Shown here in pieces: positions 18,510-28,215 of a DNA stretch of 64,000 nt (the first letter of the stretch is position 1; every line of letters starts with the position of its first letter). The DNA comes from Armatimonadota bacterium. GTDB lineage: Bacteria; Armatimonadota; SYMT01. The stretch spans positions 32,001 to 96,000 of the forward strand of contig JAWLHY010000008.1 in the NCBI GenBank assembly GCA_041690135.1, written 5' to 3'. The notes beneath the pieces are model-generated. The model did no database searches. It had not been told where the DNA came from and saw only the letters and a list, made by a program, of their open reading frames with translations. Both the position numbers and the translations under genes were made by a program.

Positions 18510-19245
18510 ACCGCTCCTCCAGCCAGGGGTCCGCATGGTTGTGATACCCGCGCACTTCCCAGTAGCCCGGTTCGTCGTGGCTCACGAAGCGGATGCCGGT
18601 AAGCCACTTCGCACTCTTCCAGAAGTAGAGGTCCGGAACGAGGGAGCGCACTGGGGGACCGTTCTCTAGGGGCAGCGGTTCACCGTTCAGGCGGTAAGCG
18701 ACGAGGCAATTGGGGGCGATGGCTTCTTTCAGCGGCACGTTGGCCGTGTAGCCGTGCGCGGCCTCGAAGATCACGTGGGCCGCGGAATCTTTCACGCCGG
18801 CCAACTCCGCCAGGTGGGCGATCCGCACGCCCTTCCACTCCGCATCGAAAACGGTCCATCCCGTCACGCAGTGAACGTCGGCCAGTTGCTCTGTTTGCGG
18901 GAGTGCCAGCAACTCGCGGTAATCGAGCTCCAGAGGGTTCCGCACTTCTCCGTAGACGCGCAGGCGGAAGTTGGCGGGATCAGGATCACCCTGTTGGCCG
19001 CCCATCGGGCGCAGCGCCTCGATCAGGCGTTGATTCGGGGGAAGCCGGGTTCGGCCGTCCGCACGAACCGCATCCAGGGCGGCCTGCTGCTTCTCCGGGG
19101 CCGCCGGGCGATAGAGGATGCCGCCAATTGCTACCACCGCACCTGCCGCGGCCAGGCCCAATATCGCACGCCGATCCATTCGCCGGCCGGCGGGGTGTTC
19201 CGCGGGAAGTTGTTCTGGCGGTCTCTGCTCGTCGTGTCCGCGCAT
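18502..19245 (-). CDS. sulfite oxidase-like molybdopterin-dependent oxidoreductase
   Basis: RLPPNQ, DVHCVTGW, GYTANVPL, NGPPVR, YFWKSAKW and GYWEVRGYH motifs; RR-containing leader. Confidence 0.9.
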   Translation of the reverse strand: MRGHDEQRPPEQLPAEHPAGRRMDRRAILGLAAAGAVVAIGGILYRPAAPEKQQAALDAVRADGRTRLPPNQRLIEALRPMGGQQGDPDPANFRLRVYGEVRNPLELDYRELLALPQTEQLADVHCVTGWTVFDAEWKGVRIAHLAELAGVKDSAAHVIFEAAHGYTANVPLKEAIAPNCLVAYRLNGEPLPLENGPPVRSLVPDLYFWKSAKWLTGIRFVSHDEPGYWEVRGYHNHADPWLEERYA

Positions 19246-19297
19246 GGCGAAGCGTCCTCCTCCCCTAAATTATCCACCACGCGTGCTAAAGTAAGGT

Positions 19298-21229
19298 ATG
19301 CCTCCTGTGAGCCCCAAACTTTCCACCGTCAGCCAGCACTTCATCATCGGTACCGCGGGTCACGTGGACCATGGTAAGACGGCCCTCATCCGCGCGCTAA
19401 CCGGCGCCGAAACCGACCGCCTCCGGGAAGAACAGGAGCGGGGAATGTCCATCGACCTGGGTTTCGCCGACTTCAAGCTGCCCAGTGGTCGTCACGCGGG
19501 CGTGATCGATGTGCCCGGTCACGAGCGGTTCCTCAAGAACATGCTGGCGGGAGCCGGCGGCATCGACCTGGTGCTACTGGTGATCGCCGCGGACGAAGGG
19601 GTGATGCCGCAGACGCGGGAGCACCTCGACATCCTGAACATCCTGCAGACGCGCCGGGGCGTGGTGGCTATCACGAAGGCGGATCTGGTGGATGAGGAAT
19701 GGCTGGAGCTGGTTCAGGAAGATATCCGCGGGGTTCTCAAGGGCACTTTCCTGGCTCACGCGCCGATGGTCCCGGTTTCCTCCATCACCGGCGCCGGGAT
19801 CAGCGACCTGCGGAATCTGCTGGACCAGATGGCGGAAGACGTGCCGACCCGCACTATCGTGGGGCCGTGGCGGCTGCCGATCGACCGGGTATTTACCATC
19901 CGCGGCTTCGGCACGGTGGTGACCGGGACGCTGATTGCCGGCGTGGCCCGCGTGGGGGATCGGGTGGAAGTCCTGCCGCGGCGAGTGGAGAGCCGCATCC
20001 GCAGCTTGCAGGTGCACGGGGCATCGGTCGACTTCGCCGAGGCGGGCACGCGGGTTGCCGTGAACCTGGCCGGCCTGGAGGTCGAGGACATCGAGCGCGG
20101 CGATGTCGCTTCCCCGCCGGGGGTGTACACCGCCACCCAGGCGCTGGATGCGCGGCTTGACGTGCTGGAGAGCTGCCCGCGCGAGGTGCGAAACCGGACG
20201 CGCGTGCGCGTCTATCTGGGGACGGCGGAAGTTCTCGCCCGCCTCAACCTGCTGGACGCCGAGGTTCTGGAGCCGGGCCAGAGCGGCCTGGTGCAACTCC
20301 GGCTGGAAACCCCTACTGTGGCCGCCAAGGGCGACCGCTACGTGCTGCGGTTCTACTCGCCGATGGACACCATCGGCGGGGGAACGATCATTGATCCCAG
20401 CCCGGTGCGCCACAAGCGGTTCGATGCGGCCGTTCTCGCCAACATGGCGGTGAAGGAGAAGGGTACACCCGAGGAGTTGGTGGCGGAGACGGTTCAGCGC
20501 TCCAATCTCACCCCGATCGCCCCCCAGGCCATCGGGCAGGCGCTGGGCATGCCGCTGGAAGAGGTGCGGAGGCTGGTCGGGGAACTGAAAGAGCAGGGCG
20601 AACTGGTGGGGCTGGAGGGAGAGACGGTGGTCCACCGCCACCGGCTGGACGCGGCGGGCCACCAGGTGGTGAGCACCCTCTCCGAGTATCATGCCGCGCA
20701 ACCCATGCGGACCGGAATGAGCCGCGAAGAGCTGCGCAGCCGCCTATCCCGGCAGATGGACGCCAAGGGGTTCAACCTGATCCTGGGCCGGCTGGAAGCG
20801 GAAGGCAAGATCGTGTCCGAAGGGGGGCGCGTCCGGCTCGCCAGCCACAGCCCGCAGTTCACCCCCGAACAGCAGCGGATCGCGGAGGCCTTCGAGCAGG
20901 GCCTGCTCGCCGATCCGTTCAATGCCCCGTTCTACGAGGATCTCCGGTCCGCTGCCGGCCTCCCCGCGAAGCCGGCGCAGGAAGTGTGGGAAGCCCTGAT
21001 CGACAACGGCCTCGTGGTCCGCATCACTGCGGATGTGTTCCTTCACCGGAAGGCGGTGGACCAGGCCATCGCACGCGTTCGCGAGTACCTGGCCGAGAAC
21101 AAGACGATCACCGCGGCCCAGTTCCGCGACCTGCTGGGCACCTCCCGTAAGTACGCCGTACCCCTGATGGAGTACCTCGATGCGCAGCGGGTGACGCGGC
21201 GACTAGGAGACGCAAGGGAGCTGTTCTAG
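19298..21229 (+). CDS. selB: selenocysteine-specific translation elongation factor
   Basis: [51 protein letters not shown]; C-terminal winged helix [13 protein letters not shown]. Confidence 0.96.
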   Translation: MPPVSPKLSTVSQHFIIGTAGHVDHGKTALIRALTGAETDRLREEQERGMSIDLGFADFKLPSGRHAGVIDVPGHERFLKNMLAGAGGIDLVLLVIAADEGVMPQTREHLDILNILQTRRGVVAITKADLVDEEWLELVQEDIRGVLKGTFLAHAPMVPVSSITGAGISDLRNLLDQMAEDVPTRTIVGPWRLPIDRVFTIRGFGTVVTGTLIAGVARVGDRVEVLPRRVESRIRSLQVHGASVDFAEAGTRVAVNLAGLEVEDIERGDVASPPGVYTATQALDARLDVLESCPREVRNRTRVRVYLGTAEVLARLNLLDAEVLEPGQSGLVQLRLETPTVAAKGDRYVLRFYSPMDTIGGGTIIDPSPVRHKRFDAAVLANMAVKEKGTPEELVAETVQRSNLTPIAPQAIGQALGMPLEEVRRLVGELKEQGELVGLEGETVVHRHRLDAAGHQVVSTLSEYHAAQPMRTGMSREELRSRLSRQMDAKGFNLILGRLEAEGKIVSEGGRVRLASHSPQFTPEQQRIAEAFEQGLLADPFNAPFYEDLRSAAGLPAKPAQEVWEALIDNGLVVRITADVFLHRKAVDQAIARVREYLAENKTITAAQFRDLLGTSRKYAVPLMEYLDAQRVTRRLGDARELF

Positions 21230-21394
21230 CCTTCGGCCCATAAAGATAAGGATTACGATTAGGATTAGGAAAGGACCGCCCGAACTGCAACAGCAGTGCT
21301 TTGGATTGTGTCGCTTTCTCGCGTGCAGTCCGTCCACTCCGGGGTCCTATACCCTTTGCTCCGTCGGGTGTGCTGCGCCGGGGAAACTGTACAA

Positions 21395-21504
21395 ATCCCT
21401 CTGGTGACCGCAGTGGCGCTTGCCCCCCGTACGTCACCTTCTGGCCCTGGAGTTCTGCTGCGAATTCTGCAAAGCGGGCGAACGGGGACAAAGGCGGCGG
21501 TGCG
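21395..21504. repeat. ~110-bp dispersed intergenic element, copy 1 (copy 2 at 42696-42805)
   Basis: shared blocks CTGGTGACCGCAGTGG, GCGAATTCTGCAAAGCGGGCGA and GGGGACAAAG. Confidence 0.8.
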
Positions 21505-21509
21505 AATGT

Positions 21510-21620
21510 GGACAGCGTTAAAACGCTTGACTACTAGCCAGTGGTCCCGGTTTCCCAGGGCACTGGTGCCAGGTCCCTCCTCGCAATTACGGACAGCGCT
21601 AAAGCCCTAGACTACAAGCC
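21510..21620. repeat. two direct ~30-bp REP-like units
   Basis: ggacagcgttaaaacgcttgactactagcc and ggacagcgctaaagccctagactacaagcc. Confidence 0.6.
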
Positions 21621-21687
21621 GCAGGTTCCGGTACACTGCACGGACTTTGAGGTACCCAAGCGGGTAACTCCGAAGCCTATATGGGGA

Positions 21688-22140
21688 TCATTCCGGCGGT
21701 GTTGACCGATCCGGTAGGATGTCGCGCCAGTGCCGAGTATCAACGAACCGCGACAGGTGGCCCACTTTCTCGGTCGCGACGATTCCTCCGACGGTTTCCG
21801 CCTGTGCAGCAAGGATCACGTCTCCATCCAACGCGTCTCGGCTGGCGGTCGGCACTCCCTGGTTTCTAGCTTCCGCCCAGAACTCGGCAGCCCTTTCCAT
21901 CACGGCTGTATCGATAGGCAGATACGTGAGAGCTAACCGGAGGCGGTTCAGCGCCTCGACGCTCCTTCCGGCACGGATTAGCTCCCGACGCACTTCGTAG
22001 TCTGCGATCTCGGGAACGTAGATCTCTGCTCCTGACGTGAGCAGTTCGCGTAACCAGACCTGGACGGGTTCACTGATATGCGCCCGAGGATGCGTGACCT
22101 TCCCTAATGGCCCTGTATCCAGAACGATGCGCTCAGGCAT
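21688..22140 (-). CDS. PIN domain toxin (VapC-like)
   Basis: IVLDTGPL, PEIADYEVRREL, LDGDVILAAQ and VATE..HL motifs. Confidence 0.9.
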   Translation of the reverse strand: MPERIVLDTGPLGKVTHPRAHISEPVQVWLRELLTSGAEIYVPEIADYEVRRELIRAGRSVEALNRLRLALTYLPIDTAVMERAAEFWAEARNQGVPTASRDALDGDVILAAQAETVGGIVATEKVGHLSRFVDTRHWRDILPDRSTPPE

Positions 22141-22417
22141 CAAAGAGCACCCGCTCGCCGGTAGCGCGGCGATTTGCCTCTAACCCTGCTTTCAATTCCT
22201 CCCATTCACGGTCGCCTTCCACAGTACGTTCTGTTTTGAGCCATTCGTCCATCAGCGCAATAGCCTGGCGGTTCCGTTCCACCTGTTTGGCCTGTGGGGC
22301 AGTCAATCGTTCCTCAAGGACGCTGCGCGCGAAGTCTTCCGGTGCGCGTCCTTCCTGGGCAGCGGCGAGGCGGAGCCGTTTTTCCATTTCGGGAGTGAGT
22401 TCAATCGTCAGTGACAT
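22133..22417 (-). CDS. putative antitoxin (ribbon-helix-helix-like N-terminus)
   Basis: MSLTIELTPEMEKRLR..AA..G; overlaps the PIN gene start. Confidence 0.8.
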   Translation of the reverse strand: MSLTIELTPEMEKRLRLAAAQEGRAPEDFARSVLEERLTAPQAKQVERNRQAIALMDEWLKTERTVEGDREWEELKAGLEANRRATGERVLFDA

Positions 22418-22467
22418 GGGCCGGGACCTCGCTCCGGATTTTGATTGTTCCCTTCATTTTACCGGAA

Positions 22468-23895
22468 TCAGGCCAGCAGTTCTTTGACGACGTGGCCGTG
22501 AACATCCGTGAGGCGGAAATCGCGGCCGGCATAGCGGTAGGTGAGCTTCTCGTGATCGAAGCCAAGCAGGTGCATGATCGTCGCCTGGAGGTCGTGGACG
22601 TGCACGGGGTTTTCCACCGCCTTGAAGCCGAAGTCGTCGGTGGCGCCGTGCACGTAGCCGCCTTTTACCCCGCCGCCCGCCAGCCAGGTGGTATAACCCC
22701 AGTGGTTGTGGTCGCGACCATTAGCCTTGGCCTGGAGCTCCACCACGGGGGTTCGACCGAACTCGCCGCCCCAGATCACCAGGGTCTCCTCGAAGAGGCC
22801 GCGTTCTTTCAGATCGGTGAGTAGCGCGCCGATCGCCTGGTCACACTGCTTGGCGAGGCGGCGGTGGTTGACCTCAAGGTCGTCGTGGTTGTCCCAGGGC
22901 TGGCCGGCGCCATGCCAGACCTGGACGTAACGGACTCCCTTTTCGATGAGCCGTCGCGCGGTGAGGATCTGGCGCGCCTGGACTCCGGGCCCGTATCGCT
23001 CGCGCACGTGCTGTGGCTCCCGGTTCACATCGAAGGCGTCGGTGGCCGCCATCTGCATGCGGTAGGCAAGCTCCAGGGATTGGATCCGCGCTTCGAGCTG
23101 CGCGTCCTTCTGCCGTTGTTCGAGGTGCCGCTGGTTGAGTAGCTGAACCAGGTCCAACTGTTCCCGCTGGCGCTGCGGGGAGAGGGTGTGGTTCTTGATG
23201 TTTTCGATCAGCTTCTCGATACGGGTCTGCTGGGGATCGATATAAGTACCCTGGTAGATCCCCGGGAGGAAAGCGGAGCGCCAGTTGTTAGACTCCTTGA
23301 TCGGATAGCCCCCCGGGCACATCACCACGAAGCCGGGAAGGTCCTGGTTCTCGGTGCCCAGGCCGTAGAGCACCCAGGAGCCCATGCTGGGGCGCTCCTT
23401 ATTGGAGTCCCCGCAGTTGAGGAGCATCAGGGAAGGCTCGTGGTTCGGCACGTCCGCCCGCATGGAGCGGATGACGCAGAGGTCATCGACATGTTTGGCG
23501 ACGTTCGGAAACAGTTCGCTGACCTCGATCCCGCTCTGCCCGTACTTCTGGAAGGTAAAGGGCGAGCGCATCGCAGCGCCCGTCTTCCGTTCCGTCTTCA
23601 GACTGCCCGCCGGGAGCGGCTGCCCGTGATACTTGGCCAGCATCGGCTTGGGATCGAAGGTATCGACCTGCGACGGGCCCCCGTTCATGAAGAGGTGGAT
23701 GACGTGCTTGATCTTCCCCGGGAAGTGTGGGGCCTGCGGTGCGAGCGGAGTCAGCGACCGCGCATCGGCGGCGGCCGAAGCCTCGTTGCCCAGGATGCCC
23801 GCCAGTGCCAGCGCGCCGAAGCCGGTGCCGCAGCGCGCCAGCAGCTCGCGCCGGGTGAGAAACAGATCTTCCAGTTGTTCGCGATGATGGGACAT
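22468..23895 (-). CDS. DUF1501 domain protein
   Basis: TRRELL, HLFMNGGPSQVDTFDPKP, WDNH, GEFGRTP and GRDHN motifs. Confidence 0.92.
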   Translation of the reverse strand: MSHHREQLEDLFLTRRELLARCGTGFGALALAGILGNEASAAADARSLTPLAPQAPHFPGKIKHVIHLFMNGGPSQVDTFDPKPMLAKYHGQPLPAGSLKTERKTGAAMRSPFTFQKYGQSGIEVSELFPNVAKHVDDLCVIRSMRADVPNHEPSLMLLNCGDSNKERPSMGSWVLYGLGTENQDLPGFVVMCPGGYPIKESNNWRSAFLPGIYQGTYIDPQQTRIEKLIENIKNHTLSPQRQREQLDLVQLLNQRHLEQRQKDAQLEARIQSLELAYRMQMAATDAFDVNREPQHVRERYGPGVQARQILTARRLIEKGVRYVQVWHGAGQPWDNHDDLEVNHRRLAKQCDQAIGALLTDLKERGLFEETLVIWGGEFGRTPVVELQAKANGRDHNHWGYTTWLAGGGVKGGYVHGATDDFGFKAVENPVHVHDLQATIMHLLGFDHEKLTYRYAGRDFRLTDVHGHVVKELLA

Positions 23896-23908
23896 GGGGG
23901 CTCCGTGG

Positions 23909-26785
23909 TCAGTCGATATACAAGAACTCGTTCGTTAGTAAAAGGGCTTGTGCGTAGGCTTCCCAGGCAGTGAGCGGCTTGCGGGCTTCGGCCTTAACCG
24001 GCCCGGCGAAGTCCGCGGCGGCATCCCAGGCGGTTTGGGTCAGCGCCGGCGCCGGGTCGACAGCATTCAGGGTGGGGGCCCACTGGAACGAATCGAAGCT
24101 GTTGGTGGGGCCGCATTCCACAATGAAGTCGAGCGTGTCTCCCCGCTTCACTTCCACGCGCGCTACACCGGCCTGCGCGGAGGTGTTGAACACTTCCCAG
24201 CGCCCGAGAAGGCCCCGGCGGCTGGAGACGATGAGCGCCCGAATGCCGTCGCCCTGGTTCGACCCGTGGCGGACCTGACCGCCGATGGAGACCACCATAT
24301 CCTGCGGTGCCACCCACCGGCGCACCGCGGAGTGCTGGAGATTGTTGCCGGCGTGGCCGTGGTCGTTGCTGAGAGTGACCCATCCCAGCTTGGGGTCCGG
24401 CAGTTTCGGTCCCCCCTGCCATGCGGAACCGGTGAAGTGGGGGAGCGGCGTGAACCCCTTCAGGCGTTGGGCGCCGGCATCGTACTCGCCGAAGCCATAA
24501 TGCCACGTGGGGACCTCGACGACCATTTCTTCCGGAAGGGCCGCCTGTTTGCGGATGAAGCCCAGCCCGAGGGCAATCTCCTCCGCGGAAGGCGAGCGTC
24601 CGAACAGGACCCGGTACATCTGCCGGATGCGGGCTTCGTCCGTCTTCTGCACGGCGATCCCCTCTCGCTCCACCAGCCCACGGGAGATCCGCTGCATAAA
24701 GCCGTTGTTCAGCATGTAAAGGGCCTGCTGCGGCACCACGGTGTTGTGTCGCTTTGGGCTGTGCTGGTTCGGATCGGCAAAGTCGAAGGTGCGGAACAGG
24801 CCGGGAAGGTTCTGGCGGTCGATGAAGCCATAGAGGGTCCGCCGGTTCCCTTCCTTCTCGCTGAACATGTCGACGGCGCGCCCGCCACGGGTGAGGTCCA
24901 GCATGTTACCTGCCGCGAGCATCGTGTCGCGCATCTGCTCGAAGTCGAGCCGGCGCCGGTTCATCCGGTGGAACAGCCGGTTGTCCGCATCCAGCTTCGC
25001 GCCCTGGGGCGTCTCCGTGCTCGCCATCCGGTAACTATTGGAGAGGACGATGAGGCGGTGAAGCTTTTTGAGACTCCAACCTAAGCCTTCGGCGGGGCTG
25101 GGGGTCGGGGGTTGGGGATTGGGGCTGGCGAAGACGGAGGCCAGCCAGTCGAGGAGTTCGGGGTGCGAGGGGGTATCGCCGCGGACGCCGAAATCGCTGG
25201 AGGTGGCCACAATCCCCTGGCCGAAGTGATGCATCCAGACGCGGTTCACCATCACCCGGGCGGTGAGCGGGTTCTCGGCACTCGCAATGGCTTTCGCCAG
25301 CTCCAGGCGACCGCTGCCCTTCTGGAAGGGTTGCGGTTGGTCACTGGCCAGGACCGTCAGGAAGCGCCGCGGGACTTCGTTGCCGGGGGTGCCGGGGTTG
25401 CCGCGTAGGAAGATGCGCTGGGCGGACGGCTTGGGCGCGTCGTTCAGGACCATCGCGCGCGGCGGCGCGCCGGGGTGGAACGACTTCAACTTCGCGATCT
25501 GGTCCTGGAGCGGCTTGATCTGCTTTTCATCCGCCTTCTGTGCCTGGAGCGCCGCCAGCTTCGCTTCCTGCTCTTTCAGTTCGGCAAGGAATTTCTGATA
25601 GGCATCCGAATCCGCCGGCTCGCCGATTATGGGCAGCTCGCCGGGTTCCTGGGAGTTGGCGAACACGCTGTAGAGGGCGTAGTAGTCGGCGGTCGGGATC
25701 GGATCGTACTTGTGGTCGTGGCACCGCGCGCAGCCGACCGTGAGGGCCTGGAGCCCTCGCGTTACCACGTCGATCCGGTCGTCGATGATCTCGTGGCGGT
25801 TGAACAGGTAGCGGTTTCCAACCGTGAGGAAGCCGAGGGCGGCCAGGTCGCGGGGGTCCTTCAACTCCAACTGGTCGCCGGCGATCTGCTCCATCAGGAA
25901 GCGGTCGTAGGACTTGTCCTCGTTTAACGAGCGGACCACATAGTCCCGGTAGGTATATGCGAACGGATAGCGGCGCTCCGCATCGCCCACCAGGTACCCC
26001 AGCGTGTCCGCGTAACGGGCCACGTCGAGCCAGAGACGGCCCCAGCGTTCCCCATATTGTGGAGAGGCGAGGAGGCGGTCTACCACCTTCGCATACGCGT
26101 TCGGCGACTTGTCGACCACGAACGCCGAGACTTCCGCGGGGGTGGGCGGCAGACCGGTAAGGTCGTAGGTGACGCGCCGGATCAGGGTGCTCCGGTCCGC
26201 CGGCGGAGCCGGGCGAAGGCCCTTGGCTTCCAGCTTCGCGAGAACGAACCGGTCGATCGGGCTAGCCGCCCAGGACTTGTCCTTCACCGCGGGAAGGGCG
26301 GGGCGCCGGACGGGCCGGAAGGCCCAGTGGCCGGTCTTCGCCTCGCCGATCCGCTCCTCGAAACTCTTCTCCGCGGGCGCCGCGGCATCGGCGGGCCAGG
26401 GAGCACCCAACTTCACCCACTCCGTGAAGTCGGCAGCCACCTTGTCCGACAACTTTTCAGCAGGCGGCATCTTCAATCCATTCGCGTGCCGAATCGCCTG
26501 GATCAGCCGGCTCTTCTCGGGATCTCCCGGAACCAGGACCGCGCCCTTGTCGCTGCCCTTCAGGATGCCGGCGCGCGAGTCGAGGCGCAGGCTGGCGAAC
26601 TGGTTCTTGGGCCCGTGGCAGGAGTAGCACTTCTCCGCGAGCACGGGGCGGATGTTCTTCTCAAAGAACTCCAACGCCTGGGGCGACGGGGCGGGCGCGG
26701 GCGCCGCGGGTTCGGCGGCCATTGCGAGGTAGGCGGCCAATCCCTGCGCGGCCAGAACAGTGGAGGTGAAGAGAAGTTTTTTCAT
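23909..26785 (-). CDS. Planctomycete cytochrome c + DUF1549/DUF1553 protein
   Basis: FFEKNIRPVLAEKCYSCHG (CxxCH), HWAF, DLTGLPPT, CARCHDHK and HPELLDWLA motifs. Confidence 0.92.
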   Translation of the reverse strand: MKKLLFTSTVLAAQGLAAYLAMAAEPAAPAPAPSPQALEFFEKNIRPVLAEKCYSCHGPKNQFASLRLDSRAGILKGSDKGAVLVPGDPEKSRLIQAIRHANGLKMPPAEKLSDKVAADFTEWVKLGAPWPADAAAPAEKSFEERIGEAKTGHWAFRPVRRPALPAVKDKSWAASPIDRFVLAKLEAKGLRPAPPADRSTLIRRVTYDLTGLPPTPAEVSAFVVDKSPNAYAKVVDRLLASPQYGERWGRLWLDVARYADTLGYLVGDAERRYPFAYTYRDYVVRSLNEDKSYDRFLMEQIAGDQLELKDPRDLAALGFLTVGNRYLFNRHEIIDDRIDVVTRGLQALTVGCARCHDHKYDPIPTADYYALYSVFANSQEPGELPIIGEPADSDAYQKFLAELKEQEAKLAALQAQKADEKQIKPLQDQIAKLKSFHPGAPPRAMVLNDAPKPSAQRIFLRGNPGTPGNEVPRRFLTVLASDQPQPFQKGSGRLELAKAIASAENPLTARVMVNRVWMHHFGQGIVATSSDFGVRGDTPSHPELLDWLASVFASPNPQPPTPSPAEGLGWSLKKLHRLIVLSNSYRMASTETPQGAKLDADNRLFHRMNRRRLDFEQMRDTMLAAGNMLDLTRGGRAVDMFSEKEGNRRTLYGFIDRQNLPGLFRTFDFADPNQHSPKRHNTVVPQQALYMLNNGFMQRISRGLVEREGIAVQKTDEARIRQMYRVLFGRSPSAEEIALGLGFIRKQAALPEEMVVEVPTWHYGFGEYDAGAQRLKGFTPLPHFTGSAWQGGPKLPDPKLGWVTLSNDHGHAGNNLQHSAVRRWVAPQDMVVSIGGQVRHGSNQGDGIRALIVSSRRGLLGRWEVFNTSAQAGVARVEVKRGDTLDFIVECGPTNSFDSFQWAPTLNAVDPAPALTQTAWDAAADFAGPVKAEARKPLTAWEAYAQALLLTNEFLYID

Positions 26786-26965
26786 GCGGGATACGTGATG
26801 TGTATTGCGTAGGCTTACGTGCGAGGGCTTGGGATCTGCCTCGGGCGTACGAGTAATGCGTAATGCGAGAGGTCTATGGCAGGAGTCGGATTGGCTTGGC
26901 AATCTTCCTTCTTAGGATTGCCCGTTGGGACCGTCCTTTGCCTAGGGATGCTTCCTGTATTGTTG

Positions 26966-26994
26966 TTGCGTGGCTGTAAGGCGCGTGGTATATT
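26966..26994 (+). promoter_or_regulatory. putative sigma70 promoter for the acetyltransferase pair
   Basis: TTGCGT-17 nt-TATATT with an extended -10 TG. Confidence 0.5.
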
Positions 26995-27049
26995 CAATTT
27001 TCCTCCCCTGGCAGGCGGATCGCCCGCTCGCCTTACCGGGCAGCAGTCT

Positions 27050-27574
27050 ATGTCTGAGACAATCACGACCCCATCCACCACCTATTGCGTGCGGCGCGCG
27101 CGCGTTACGGACGCGGGGGACATCCAGCGCCTTATCACGCAGTTCGCGGATCGGGACGAGATGCTGCATCGTTCGCTCGGGGAGATCTTCGAGAACATCC
27201 GCGATTTCTACGTGGTGGCTGGCCCGGATGGCGACGTGGTGGCCTGCGGCGGTCTCCACGTCTGCTGGAGCCATCTGGCCGAAGTGAAGAGCCTGGCGGT
27301 GGACGTGGCTCACCAGCGGTGCGGCTTCGGGCGCATGGTGGTCCAGGCGTGCATCGACGAGGCAAGGGAACTGGGGCTCCGTACCGTCTTCGCGCTCACG
27401 TACAAGCCCGAGTTCTTCGCCCGCATGGGGTTCCGCATCGTGGATAAGTCCACCCTGCCGCACAAGGTGTGGAACGAGTGCATCCGCTGCCCCAAGTTTC
27501 CGGACTGCGGCGAGATCGCCGTGGTTTATGACCTGCACCGGACCGTCCCTCCCCTGAACCTGCCTGTCCTATGA
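27050..27574 (+). CDS. amino-acid N-acetyltransferase (short ArgA-like GNAT)
   Basis: MLHRS..EIFENIRDF, LAEVKSLAV, FALTY and LPHKVWNECIRCPKFPDCGE motifs. Confidence 0.88.
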   Translation: MSETITTPSTTYCVRRARVTDAGDIQRLITQFADRDEMLHRSLGEIFENIRDFYVVAGPDGDVVACGGLHVCWSHLAEVKSLAVDVAHQRCGFGRMVVQACIDEARELGLRTVFALTYKPEFFARMGFRIVDKSTLPHKVWNECIRCPKFPDCGEIAVVYDLHRTVPPLNLPVL

Positions 27575-28104
27575 CTATCCGACCCTACCAACCCACCGAC
27601 CTAGCGCGCATCCAGGAGATCACGGTCAATAGCTTCGGCGGGGTTTCCATCGACCGGAACATCGAAGAGCAGTTCGGCTTCGTGGCCGGCAAGGACTGGA
27701 CCCAGCGCAAAGCCCGCGACGTGACGACGGACTGCGAGGTCCATCCGGAAGGGGTGTTCGTGGCAGAGAGCGACGGCGAAGTGGCCGGTTACATCACCAC
27801 CCGCCTGGACCGCTTCACCGGCATCGGTCGGATCCCCAACCTGGCGGTCGACGAGAAGTACCGGGGCCAGGGCCTCGGTAGCCGGCTGATCGAGTTCGCC
27901 ATCGAATGGATGCGAGAGCAGGGCATGGCAATGGCCAAAATCGAGACCCTCGACCAGAACGAGCGCGGACAGGCGCTCTATCCCCGCTTCGGTTTCCGGG
28001 AAGTGGCCCGGCAGATTCACTACGTGATGCCGCTGGGGCTTTTTCTCACCACGGAGACACGGAGACACGGAGAAGACCACAGAGAAGGAACCGAAGAGGG
28101 CTGA
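27571..28104 (+). CDS. GNAT family N-acetyltransferase
   Basis: VFVAE..VAGY, NLAVD..YRGQGLG and LYPRFGF motifs; overlaps the previous stop. Confidence 0.88.
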   Translation: MTIRPYQPTDLARIQEITVNSFGGVSIDRNIEEQFGFVAGKDWTQRKARDVTTDCEVHPEGVFVAESDGEVAGYITTRLDRFTGIGRIPNLAVDEKYRGQGLGSRLIEFAIEWMREQGMAMAKIETLDQNERGQALYPRFGFREVARQIHYVMPLGLFLTTETRRHGEDHREGTEEG

Positions 28105-28215
28105 AGGCCGAAGCCTAGAGAGTGAATCGATTAGACACATCCGTCTCCCACTGCGAGGTTCCCATTCTATTCCGTTGAGTAACTAGGAGGCGTATGGGGC
28201 GTTATAAGGGGTGCT

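Noticed and set aside
21510-21620. two ~30-bp direct repeats with a ~50-bp spacer as a mini CRISPR, or tRNA-Sec next to selB
   Set aside because: the repeats differ at several positions and look like REP units; no cloverleaf with a TCA anticodon could be built
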